Position numbers and translations under genes: made by a program. DNA of 63,430 bases, counting the filler, from Welwitschia mirabilis (lineage: Eukaryota), in the NCBI GenBank assembly GCA_051453625.1. It is 6 parts of one record of this genome, joined end to end, with 100 filler letters (N's around TTAATTAATTAA, not from the genome) between each part and the next. Parts side by side here need not be neighbours in the genome. Positions count along the whole stretch, not along the records: positions 48,194 to 58,717 come from JBOZIK010000001.1; positions 58,818 to 63,430 come from JBOZIK010000001.1; 4 more parts are not named here. One strand, 5' to 3'. This document shows positions 52,690 to 63,430 of the stretch, piece by piece. The stretch's first letter is position 1; each line of letters begins with the position of its first letter. Under the pieces are notes generated by a model. It saw only the letters and a list, made by a program, of their open reading frames with translations, made no database searches and was not told where the DNA came from.

Positions 52690-53873
52690 TAGAAATAGAA
52701 TAGACCATATCATCACCCTAGACACGTACAACCTCTGCAATATTAATTGTCACACTCTGCTGAATAGAAATAATGTGCTAGTGCATGTCAACAATCTAGT
52801 CTTTAGAGTGCTAGTCTATTCTCTCAATAGTTAGGATCCTCTACTATAATGTCTACATCCTCTGATCAAGAGCTTAAATCCTCTAGTGTAGTGTCTGGAT
52901 ACCTTAGTCTACGAAACCTCTAATGGTCTCAGTGGTATTTGCCAAGAGGGCTTGTATTTGCTTAAGTGTGGCTCCAATTATAGGTCTCTGTTCCTGAGGT
53001 CACTCTACCTCTCTTGGTACCTATATGCCCATGTCCTGTAAATAGCAAGTTGAAGTTTGAATGTGAGATAAGCATTCATCACATATAGGCTTTGGTATTC
53101 CAAATCATTTAAAAAGAGCTAAGAGGAGGCATGGATAACACAGAGTCTATAGCTATTGTGCCTCAATTATGGACCTAAGCCTCCTCCAAATAAATGTGGG
53201 TATCTTATCTTCCCGTCTGAATGATGCCAATATCTGAAGGTATGCGACCATCACATAACTGTCATGAAATGATAGGCTGTTGTTATGAATCAACCCTTTG
53301 TTAAGTACTCTATATGAAGGGATTAACTGTGTGACAAGAACCCCTTACCTATCTGTCGTCAGATCTGCTAGCATATCTAGTGCGACGCCATATGCATGAC
53401 ACTTCTCAATTTCACCAGATGAATGAATATGAAGACTCCCAAGCCCACTAATATCTATGATTACTACAATGTGGGATGGAAGGATTGCTATCTTGTGGTC
53501 AAAAATTAGGCAGATATCATATCCACTAGCTGACCATGAGAATCTAGTCTGTTCTCTATGTGCATGGTGTTATAAAACTCTCATGTTTCTGAAACATAGT
53601 AAAACCAATGTGCATTTGTAATCTAATATAACTAGAGATCTATGGTCCTATGATTAACCTCCCATTCTATGTGGTTTATAAAATTCCTAAAGTATCTCTT
53701 AACATGAATATTGACTATCTGTATTATCAAAGATCATTCGTTTTGAGGTGTTGGATGTGCCGAATCCGCATGCTTTATTTTTGGTAATACTATTAGGCCT
53801 ACCTCCTACTTTATAACTTGGCTTTAGCTTTAGCCTTAGCCTATCTAGATCTATGCATACAGGGCCTACTCAT
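52690..53873 (-). pseudogene. Athila env-like ORF (Transposase_32-type core plus C-terminal coiled coil)
   Basis: YYVSET*EFYNTM, LIPSYRVLNKGLIHN, LCYPCLLLALFK*FGIP, then heptad-like LKQIQALLANTTETIRGF…ALDQRM; locally higher GC. Confidence 0.72.
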
Positions 53874-55841
53874 TTGAAAATACCAAAAAATATCATGTGA
53901 GAATGGAAAGATATGTCAAGTACATCACATGGATGTGTAATAATGATCCCTAAAATAGAAAAATGCTGAAAATATGTCCTGCTCCCCTTAAAAATTGTAA
54001 TACATCATAATTTCATAGACATGAGAAGAAAATGTAAAATGCATGAAAGATTAAAAAGCAGTATTTTTATATGGACCTCATAGATGGTAAAAATTCAAAG
54101 TACTTAAATGAAAATCTAACTTAGTAGAATCATAGAACGCATTAAACTAATCAATTTTGCCTAAAGGACTACTATGTTTTGATGTATGGTTTATAAGAAA
54201 ATAAGTGTAAAAAATGAAAAATTAAAAACTCCTTATAAAATGCATAATTGATCATAACTTGTAAAATACATAGTAAAATTCAAATCCATAAGTTCCAAAA
54301 TAAAAAGTATAAAAAACTAATTAACATACATGAAAACTACACATTAAAATGCTGAGAAATGGAAGAAAAAATTTTAAAAAAAAAATTGATTAAATCTCAA
54401 AAATCTAGATGCTAAATCAAGTGGAATAAGATCCAAGATACTAGCAACATCTAGAGGAGTCATCGTGTCTTGAATAAATGAGCGAAAATGACAAAGAAAT
54501 AGAAAAAAATGAAGGAAAAGGGTTTGAGCTATAGTTATATTACACTGTCATCTAGTCGTGTCATATCGATGATAGCCCTGAGATAACTTAAAAAAAAAAA
54601 AAGCTATTGTTCTCCAAGTGTCATCTAGATGACCAAGTGGACAATAGGATATAAAAAAGTTTGGCAAAAATAAAGATGTTAGCTAATAAAATTAGGCTTA
54701 GATACAATTATCAAACTATTAGATTTTATTAGAAAACTTAGAAAAAATAGAAAATGAGAAAGAAAATCCTAAAAATTAAGAAAAAAAGTAAAAAATAATA
54801 ATAAAATAAAATCTATGGCTAAAGAAAATAGACTACTTAGGCTAAATCTTGATAATGAAAGCTAAGGGAATGTGCCTAAATAGAAAAGTAAAACAAGATA
54901 AAGCTTAAAACTTTAAAAGGTACAAGGAATATCATAAAAACTATGAAAAAGAGAAGATGTTCTTTTTGAATGTAAATGATAACTAAAAATGATAAGAACA
55001 TAAATAAACAACAAAAAAACAACTAAATTATAAGGTCCTATAGAAGTATGAGAAAATGTAGAAATAAATTTAAAATAACAATCTCAAAAACTAAAGAAAA
55101 ATAAAATGAAAATGAACATAAGAAATAAGGGGAAGAGTGCTTATCTATCTTAAATTATAACAAAATTCTAAGGAAGACATCATAAAGCCATATGAGTAAA
55201 AATGCATGATAAAATGTATAAACTATATAAAGTTTCACTAAAAAAGAAAGTGATTATGGTGATACCAAAACTCAAATATATAGAACAATGAATGATATGA
55301 TCAAAAGCTACTCAAAAATGAACTTCCTACTCTTACCTCATAAAAACACCTGAAATCCTAAAAGTAAAATGATCAAGTGGAAATACTAAGAGTCGAAGAA
55401 ATAATCAATTCTTCTGATAACACCAGGAATGCTACTTATCTTATAGCCTTAAAGTTTATTACAAAATTTTTCATGATGAGGGAAGTGGAACAATAGTTAG
55501 AGGAGTAAGGAGCTATAAAGCATGGCCAACTAATCCTTCTGTGAAGTTCCCATAGCTACCAACATTGTCAAAGATTCCTCTCAAAAACATTTTTCTTAGT
55601 ATAGAAGAACATCATGATGATCATGTATTTCTTTTTAAGAATAAGATACAATAGTACATAGTCATTATTTCTTTTTTCCCCCAAACAATTCCCACATAAT
55701 TATAAACTCAAAAATATGAAGGTAAATAAGCAAGATAAAAGATAGAAAATAACACTTTCAAAAAACCAAAAACCTTACACCATTAAAAAAAGGCATAAGA
55801 ACTAAGGCATATTCCTTTAAAGTAAAGTTCATAGACATGGG

Positions 55842-57460
55842 TGTTAGATTATGTTTTACCAATTGATGTTAAACTAATGTTTTTTATTTAGCAAGTTTTG
55901 TGTATCTTGTGCAGAAGATGTTAATTACTTATAGGTGAAAACATAAAACCAAAACCATCAATTTCTATGTACTAAAAATATATCATTTCTTTTACCCTCT
56001 CAAGGGTTTCACTAGACTTTTAAAGGGTTGACTACATCTGAAGTAGATAAACAAAAATGAATTACATTTAGAGGGGTCAACTGGATTTCTGAAGGGATCA
56101 ACCAAACTTATAACTCAAAGAAACCATTTCCCTAAACCAAATGGCAAGGGATCAAAGGGATTTTATGGGGTTGACTAGATTTTAGGACCTGATAAATAGT
56201 ATGCCTAAATTAAATGATAAGGAGTCGACTAGACCTATGATGGAGTTGACCAGATCTGTGAATTAGAAATAGTACTCCTGATCTGATTGTTAAGGGGTTG
56301 ACCAAACTTATGATGGATTGACTAAATCTAGTCACTGTGCAGCTGACACTCCTAAGCCAATTATCATGGGGTTGACCAAATACTTGAAGGGTCGATCAAT
56401 CCTAATGCTGGAAAATGGAAAGAATTTTATCAAGAGAAGTAGGTAATCGGATCATGTAGCAAGTAATTGGATTAGTGTCAACTAGACCCAGATGGAGTCA
56501 ACTGAACATGGAGCCATAAGAAATTAGAGTGACCAAAATTCTTATTTGAGCAACCTATGTAAGTCATGATATCGAATGAGGTTGACTGGACTTTTAAGGG
56601 GTCAATCTAATGAAATGGAAGTAAAAATTTCTAATTGTTATGTATTCATTATGTAGCCATTAGATGGCCATTTTGTAGCCATTTATAGCCATTGGAAGTG
56701 CATTACAAATGTAATAAATCCTAAAAGCATTCTAATATAAATAGCTAAGACATAGATAACTAAACAATCTTTTGAAACTATTTTCAATCATGTAAATTTG
56801 TTGGATCTGAAGGATCAAGTACTATATCTTATGACATTTCCTATTATATCTTGGTGTCTACACTTCTAACTAAAGAAGATCTACCATATGTATCATCTCT
56901 ATATTTAAGATCAGATCTTATGCTTTTTCTAGTTTTCACATCTATAAGAGAAGAGCTCTATTAAATTTACTAAATCAAGAATAAGTGATATCCATGCATT
57001 GTTGACATCATTAAATTACTACTTTTATTTGTGAAAGGTTGAGACTAAGCCTTGAAAAGTCCATTTAAAGGTTGAAACTAAGCCTTAAAAGATTTTTTCA
57101 AAAATTAAAACTAAGCATTGAAAAATCCATTTATAAAGGTTACAAATGGACCTAAAATACCTGATGAAGTAATGAAGATCTAGATCAGGCTTGGAGATAA
57201 GCTAATCATTAAGAGTGGAAAAGGAGGTTTTTTAAACCACTATAAATCTTACATGCATCAATTTGATACTTTTGTGCTTTTAGTTAGTTTGTTTCTTAAC
57301 CTTTATTAACTTTTCTTTTCATGCACGTTTTGATTTAGGGAATTAGTTTATGCAAATTTTTGTTTATCTTAGATTCATTTAGAATATTGTGTTGTATTTT
57401 TAAGAACCTATTAACCCACCTCCTTCCTCCTATCCCTTTCTTAAGTTCTTGATCCTATCA
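55842..57460 (+). repeat. Isolated Sirevirus LTR (1619 bp)
   Basis: TGTTAGATTATGTTTT…GATCCTATCA; homologous to the reverse complement of 39122-40464; TATA aatataaatag ~56733; C-rich signal cctattaacccacctcc. Confidence 0.9.
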
Positions 57461-58717
57461 AATTAGATCCTTGATACTCTAGTTAAGTTAAGTGTTTGAA
57501 ATATGTCAAAAAGAGGTCCATAATATTAAAAATTAATGCCTCATGTGATCATCTTGATAGATCTTCAAATTCTTCTTAATTCTCTTAGAAACCTATCAAA
57601 TATACATAAACTCACACTTGAATAACACTATCACATATGCCAAATTGGCCTCACAACATAGTTCCCCAGTAAGTATTTTTTTAGTCCTTGATAAAGAAAG
57701 TAGAAAAAAATAGAAGTAAGCCAAATTAAAAAATAGATGAGAAAGGAAACTCAAGTATAAAGGATCTTACATTGTCAAAACATAGAGTGCATTTTATTTT
57801 AGCATTACAAGAAGATATTCTAATTAAAAATCATGAGAAAGATATACATTAAATTTAGAGTGATGGTTTTAGTTTTATAAAAACATATTTCCAATATACA
57901 AATTTATTCCAATCAGAGATAATATTTTAATGATTCTAAAGACTCCACCCTCATGAAATAGATAAATTCATCCCAAATTTTAATTAATTTTACATGTAGT
58001 GATCAAAAGAAATAATTTAAAATTTTTAAGGGATGTATAATAAAGAGTGAAAAGAAAGTGGAAAAACATAAACTCAAAATAAAAAGAAAAAGTAAAGTAA
58101 AAAAAATAGTAATCACAATTAATGAGGTAAAGAAGAAAACAAAAAACAAACAAAAGTAAGATGGAGATAAAACTAATGGTTAATGATAAAAACAAGATTA
58201 TGGCCAAGAAAAGGACAAAGAACTAGAGATAATGATAAGCTAAAAAGGTATAGGTCCTATTACGATGGAACAGAAATGTAAAAATGGCTTTGAGATATCT
58301 AACTAAAAATACTAAAAAACATGAAACATACAAATAGACATAAAGGTATATCAACAAGATTAACTACTTTATCCTAAATACTAACTAAATCAGATTTAAT
58401 GGTTTTCATTATAAAACTTCTTGATATTAAAGATGCATGATTAAGTGGTAAACAACAATAAGCTTCATGTGATAGAGAAAATAATTATAGTAATGTTAAA
58501 TGATTCATTCATAAAGTACTAATATAATATAATGACTAAAATTAATTCCAATCATCTACTAAAGAAATAATAAAACTTTTCTAATATATCATTCAATGAT
58601 CAATATGTTCTATTATTCTTATGAATTTATAGCTTCATAATTATGGGAATCAAGTCAATAAGGTGTTAAAGAACACCATTAATCATGATGAGGAAAGTGC
58701 AATCATTGCCAAAATAA
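57461..58717 (-). mobile_element. Athila-family 3' fragment (LTR start at 57658, PPT, internal)
   Basis: Minus TGTTGTGAGGCCAATTTG preceded by cttactggggaacta; 58680-58710 matches the conserved ttgcact..cctcatcatg block. Confidence 0.6.
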
Positions 58718-58817
58718 NNNNNNNNNNNNNNNNNNNNNNNNNNNNNNNNNNNNNNNNNNNNTTAATTAATTAANNNNNNNNNNNNNNNNNNNNNNNNNNN
58801 NNNNNNNNNNNNNNNNN
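58718..58817. other. Artificial contig spacer
   Basis: TTAATTAATTAA at 58762-58773. Confidence 0.95.
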
Positions 58818-58849
58818 TCAAAATATTTAGATTTAATTTAAGACAAAAG

Positions 58850-61800
58850 GGAGACATGAGTACTAAAGTTATTAAGAGAACTTCTGGTAATGATACCTTG
58901 CTGAACATTTTCAATAATAAAACACAAAGGATAATCCTTGAGTTATTTAATTTCTAGAGTTGCTTTATCTCTTGAGTTTTCATCCATTTGATTAATAAAA
59001 TAAGAGGGAATAGGATCTTCATCAAGGTTAATGGAATTTGAAGAATCTAAGATATCATGTATTTTTACATTAATTATTTCTTCCATATAAAAAGTTCTTT
59101 TGTTAAAATCTTTATAAGCTCTACTAGATTGAGAGTATCCTAAAAATATTTTCTCATTTGATTTAGCATCAAATTTTGGTAATTCCTCTCTATCTTTTAG
59201 ATGAATCATTTACTCCCAAAAGTTTTAAAATAAGATATATTTGGTTTCTTATCTTTCTAAAGTTCATAAGGAGTTTTAGAAGTTCCAGGCCTCAAATAAA
59301 CTCTATTAGATATATGACACGCTGTGTTTACTACTTGTCCAAAACTATTTTAGAATGTTTTTGTCATTTAACATTACTCTAGCTATATCTAGTAAGGTTC
59401 AATTTTTTCTTTCATCTATTCAATTTTTTTGAGGAGTTTTAGGAGCTGAAAAATTATGGCCAATTCTATTTGAGTTGTAATAAATTTTGAACCAAAACTA
59501 TTTTAGAATGTTTTTGTCATTTAACATTACTCTAGTCATATCTAGTAAGGTTCGATTTTTTCTTTCATCTATTCCCTTTTTTTGANNNNNNNNNNNNNNN
59601 NNNNNNNNNNNNNNNNNNNNNNNNNNNNNNNNNNNNNNNNNNNNNNNNNNNNACTTCGTATTTTCTTTATTACATACCCCTTTTCTATTTAAAACTTCTT
59701 TTAAATTTTAAAAAAATTTTCATAGGCATCATATTTTGCATAAAGAAAAGCTACCCACAAAAATCTAGAGAGCCATAATTAAAAAATATCTTTTTCTAGA
59801 TAGACTCATAGTTTGAATAGGCCTAATTAAATCCATATGAATTAAGTCTAATGGGTTACGAGTTATAATACTGCTGACCCTTTTATGAGATGTTCTAGTT
59901 TGTTTTTCTTTTTGACTAGCATCACATAGCCCTTTATAGGAAAAACAGATTTTAAGAAGACCCCTAACTATTTCATCACAACATAATTTTTTTCAAGTAT
60001 CAAAAATAATAGGACCTAAATGCTGATGACAGATAACATCATCTTGGGTATGAGAAGATAGACATGTAGATTTATTTGATTAATTTACATAATATACATT
60101 TTTATGTCTATTTGCTAAAAGTAAAGGTTGATTAGTTTTTCTGTGTTTTATAATACATTTTCTTTTATCAAAAAAGACTTTATGACCCTTATCACAAATC
60201 TGACTAATTCTTAATAAATTATGTTTCAATCCATTAACAAATAAAACATTGTAAATATTTGATAAGTTACCTCCATCAATGCTTTTAATTCTTTTAATTT
60301 GAGCTCTTTGATTATCCCTGAAAGTGACTTCTCCTCCATTATATTCCTTAAAGCTGATGAAGTTTGATTTCTCATTTGTTATGTATCTCAATCATCCACT
60401 ATATAGATACTAATAAAAATGTTTATTTACTTTTAAAGCCATTTGGATCAATAAGCTTTTAATTATGGACTTTGGGATCCACATCAGGCATTTATTTCTG
60501 TTTGCAATAGGATGAGATTTTTTGGTAAGAGTAAACTTAGATCCTAAAAGGGAGTGAGGAAACCAACTTTTTCTAAAGATACAATCAACCTTAGAATGAC
60601 CCTTTTTATTGCAATAATGACAAGTGATATTAGCTAAAGAATTCTTGAAATTTGCCTTAGACAAGGGTTTGAAATAATAGTAGTAATAAGAATTAAATGA
60701 GCTAGGAAATGCTTATCTGAAGGCTTGATCCTTAACTCTATAGGAGGTTGAGGCAAGGATACTTTTCAGATCTTTAATTTCCTTTTTCCTAATCTCAAGC
60801 TTATCTAGAATGAGCTTATTTTCTTTTCTTAGTTGATTTACTCTATGAGTAATATTTTGATATTCCAAATGTAATTTCAATTCAATATCATTAAGCGTAT
60901 CTTCACTAAGAACTGAATTAACATGAGAAGTATAACATACCTTTTCATTTATGATAGCCATGATAGAGATACCATCATGTTCTGAATCTGAGTTTTATTC
61001 ACTTTCACTTTTTTCATCGTTTTATATTACAGATAGAACTTTCTTTCCCTTTCTTTTGTCATCTTTTTTGTTGTTAGGGCAAACATTTGATGTGTGATAA
61101 AAAGTTTTCAAGAATAGCATTAAATTTCATGATTTCCTTTATATTTTATTCTTGATGGTCTTCTATACTAACCTTCACCTTCTCATCTCTGCATAAAGCA
61201 TCTGAATCTTTTAGATAAAAGAGCCACTTTATTATTGCTTTTTAGTTCTAGATCAGATCCAATCTTGATTTTAGAAACTTTAAGTGTGGTAGATAATGAC
61301 ACACTTTTCTTCTTTTTTATAAATTTCAGCTTAAAAGTGTAAAGATTCCTTGGAGTTTATCTAGTTTCATGATATTTAGATCCTTGCTTTCCTCTTTAGT
61401 GGTTACTTTTGATTCAAACCTTTTTAGTAGAGATCTCAAGGCTTTGCAAACCACTCTTGATTCTTCAATTGTTTTAACTAATCCATGCATAGAGTTTACA
61501 ATATCTATTAGTTTTTCAAAGAAATCATTTATACCTTCATCGTCTTCCATCTTTAGGTGATCAACATTTGAAGCTTAGCTTCCTTTACTAGATTTATTCC
61601 TTCATGAGCGGGTTTTAAGATATCTCTTGCTTCTTTGGCAGTGGTGTAGTTTACCATTCTTTTAAAATCTTCTAGACCTATAGCATAAAAGATAGCATTT
61701 AGGCCTTTAAAATTGCAAGTTATGGTTTTTTTCTCATCTGGCATCCATTTGTCCTTACTTTTTGGAATTGCCAACTTGGTAACCAGATCCTACATATTAG

Positions 61801-61948
61801 GAGAATAATACCCATTAATAATATACTTCTAGATTTTTAGGTCAATGAATTAAACAAAGACTCTCATATTTGCTTTCCAATAATCATAATTTGTTCCATC
61901 AAAAAAGGAAGGTTTTGTGATAGGATTTCCTTCAGTGTGTTAACTCAT
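58850..61948 (-). pseudogene. Copia gag-protease-integrase, decayed
   Basis: KPSFFDGTNYDYWKANMRVF, KALRSLLKRFESKV, CHYCNKKGHSKVDC, NVLFVNGLKHNLL, NPLDLIHMDLIRP, KFDAKSNEKIFLGYS. Confidence 0.92.
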
Positions 61949-62000
61949 TTTCTAGGGATGAGTGGAGTAGAGATCTATTAGGATCTATTGTTCAACCTTT

Positions 62001-62011
62001 CTTTGATACCA
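62001..62011 (-). promoter_or_regulatory. Primer-binding site, tRNA-iMet (one mismatch)
   Basis: TGGTATCAAAG 2 nt from the LTR end at 62014. Confidence 0.8.
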
Positions 62012-62882
62012 ATTGATAGTAAAGGATCGACATTAGAGGGGAGTGAATAGATCTTTTAAGTTTTGTTTTCTTGTTGTTTACAACCTACAAAAATAGTAAA
62101 TATAAAGAAATATTAAAATAATATATTTAATAGTGGATAGACACCACCCTTTAGCTTTGTAGACTCCTTGTCCTAGCTAGCATATATTTGCTTATAAGAA
62201 TGGTTTTCAGACTCATCAAATAATCTTTCACAATCAATGAGGATTTTAACGCTTATCCTCAACCACAAATAAATGGTAGAAAGAAGGATGCACTAATGCA
62301 CAAATGTCTTCTCTAAGGTACAATAATTTTCTTCTCAAAAAAGTACAATGATGCAAGTACAATATAAATATAAACTTAAAAATTTTTCAGATGTGTTAGA
62401 AGAAAGTACAACAGTCCTTATTCAATCTTAGATTTTACAAGTTAGTATCTTGTTCTCTATTGAATAGAGGAGAGCTTTAACATTGAAGATATACTAGGTG
62501 ACCATTTCCACATAAATAATTAAATCATTATACTTTTTAAGAAACTATTATGCTTTTCCTAATAAACTATAGTATTCATAATGATTACATTTCTTCCTCG
62601 TACAGTCGACCTTACGTGAGACTCAGTCGCTCTTTCATTCGGTCATCCTTATCCCTATTATTTGGTCACCCTTGCTTGTCATACATTCTTAGTGTTGAAT
62701 AGATGCAAATTCGATCACCCTTATGAAAATAATTGGTTGTCCTTAACTAGGTCTCTCTGACCAGTTTTACCTAGTCAACCTTCTAAGAGGAGATTTTGGG
62801 TAGAATGTGATCACCTGATACCTTTATATCTGGTCGACCTAAAATTACTAGATTCATGTTCTACTAATTGTTGTGCGGTCAC

Positions 62883-63430
62883 TGTTATGGTGTATATTTA
62901 TGCAATGTTTCACGCTTTAATTTCAATCCTGTTAATTATAAATAAGATGCAAAATACAACACGCTAGTGTAGACGGAGTGATCTGAATGTCGTAATTCCA
63001 TCGAAGGCCAATGGTATGAACAATAAAAAGTTGATTTTAGAAAAGAAATATGTAACCTTAATCTATTGAATTAAATTGCAATGCATGGAAATAGAATAGC
63101 AATTCAAAACTAATCTATAAAAAGAAATAGCAATGCACCTAATCTAATTAAGCACAACCTTAGCAAAGGCTGCCCTCATAATCTATATAATTAAAGAAAC
63201 CTATCACGGATCTAGAACAACATAAATTATAAGGGATAAGTTTCTGCAATTGTTAACAAAAAGAGTAATTCATATTAAAGATGTAAAAAGACATCTGTAT
63301 CACAAAGTAGCCATTCCTCAATGGAGGATACGCCACCCAACACCAAGGTAACTTCTCTCTGGATTACAAGATGGTTCTCCGGTCCCAAGATCTCCTATCA
63401 CGAGAAAGTCAGGTACTATCGAAGATGATT
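62883..63430 (-). repeat. 3' end of an Athila-family LTR inserted in the Sirevirus LTR; runs off the window
   Basis: Reverse complement closely matches 45910-46456; retains several CpGs. Confidence 0.9.

Larger units (their letters stand above)
50193..55841 (-). mobile_element. 3' part of Athila-family element: LTR 50193-51285, PPT, env-like ORF (partly duplicated), internal non-coding
   Basis: TG at 50193 and CA at 51285 match the family LTR; PPT ctaagtgaaggacta; 55440-55840 is homologous to 14340-14700. Confidence 0.85.
58818..62882 (-). mobile_element. 5' part of another Sirevirus-like copia (partial 5' LTR 62014-62882, PBS, gag-PR-INT)
   Basis: LTR end ...ctattcactcccctcta…actatca; PBS tggtatcaaag; GGTCGACC motifs 62600-62840. 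Confidence 0.88.

Noticed and set aside
15630..52834. Long ORFs in the track composed mostly of X
   Set aside because: They merely span N gaps and carry no coding evidence.
57980..58207. Hydrophobic 75-aa ORF resembling a membrane peptide
   Set aside because: Translation of a T-rich low-complexity TE interior.
59340..59585. ~155-bp-offset duplication in copia integrase
   Set aside because: Adjacent to a gap and inside a dead ORF; local duplication or artefact of little significance.

Overview
The window is an AT-rich, CpG-depleted block of plant heterochromatin-type DNA with no recognisable host gene, RNA gene or CRISPR array. It is a deeply nested pile of decayed LTR retrotransposons from two lineages. 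The first is Ty3/gypsy Athila-like (RT FYCFLDGYSGYNQ, Athila-type RNase H/integrase, tRNA-Asp-type PBS). The second is Ty1/copia Sirevirus-like (tRNA-iMet PBS, multiple PPTs, C-rich U5 signal, GGTCGACC palindrome arrays). Three insertions are bounded by 5-bp TSDs: 25821-40464 (GACAT/GATAT), 26319-32728 (AATAG) and 45248-48318 (CATGG). Five 100-bp N-TTAATTAATTAA-N spacers are artificial contig joins. Most interesting: (1) a nested Sirevirus pair with complementary gene content, Gag-PR-Env-like without INT/RT/RH inside PR-INT-RT-RH without Gag core or Env; (2) an Athila-like element with a ~5-kb 3' accessory region holding a decayed ~900-codon coiled-coil ORF and divergent antisense ORFs of unknown identity; (3) a pol-less Athila family forming a deletion series and sharing a conserved non-coding island; (4) phased palindrome arrays in LTRs. 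All translations and alignments were done by eye, so coordinates of decayed ORFs are approximate.
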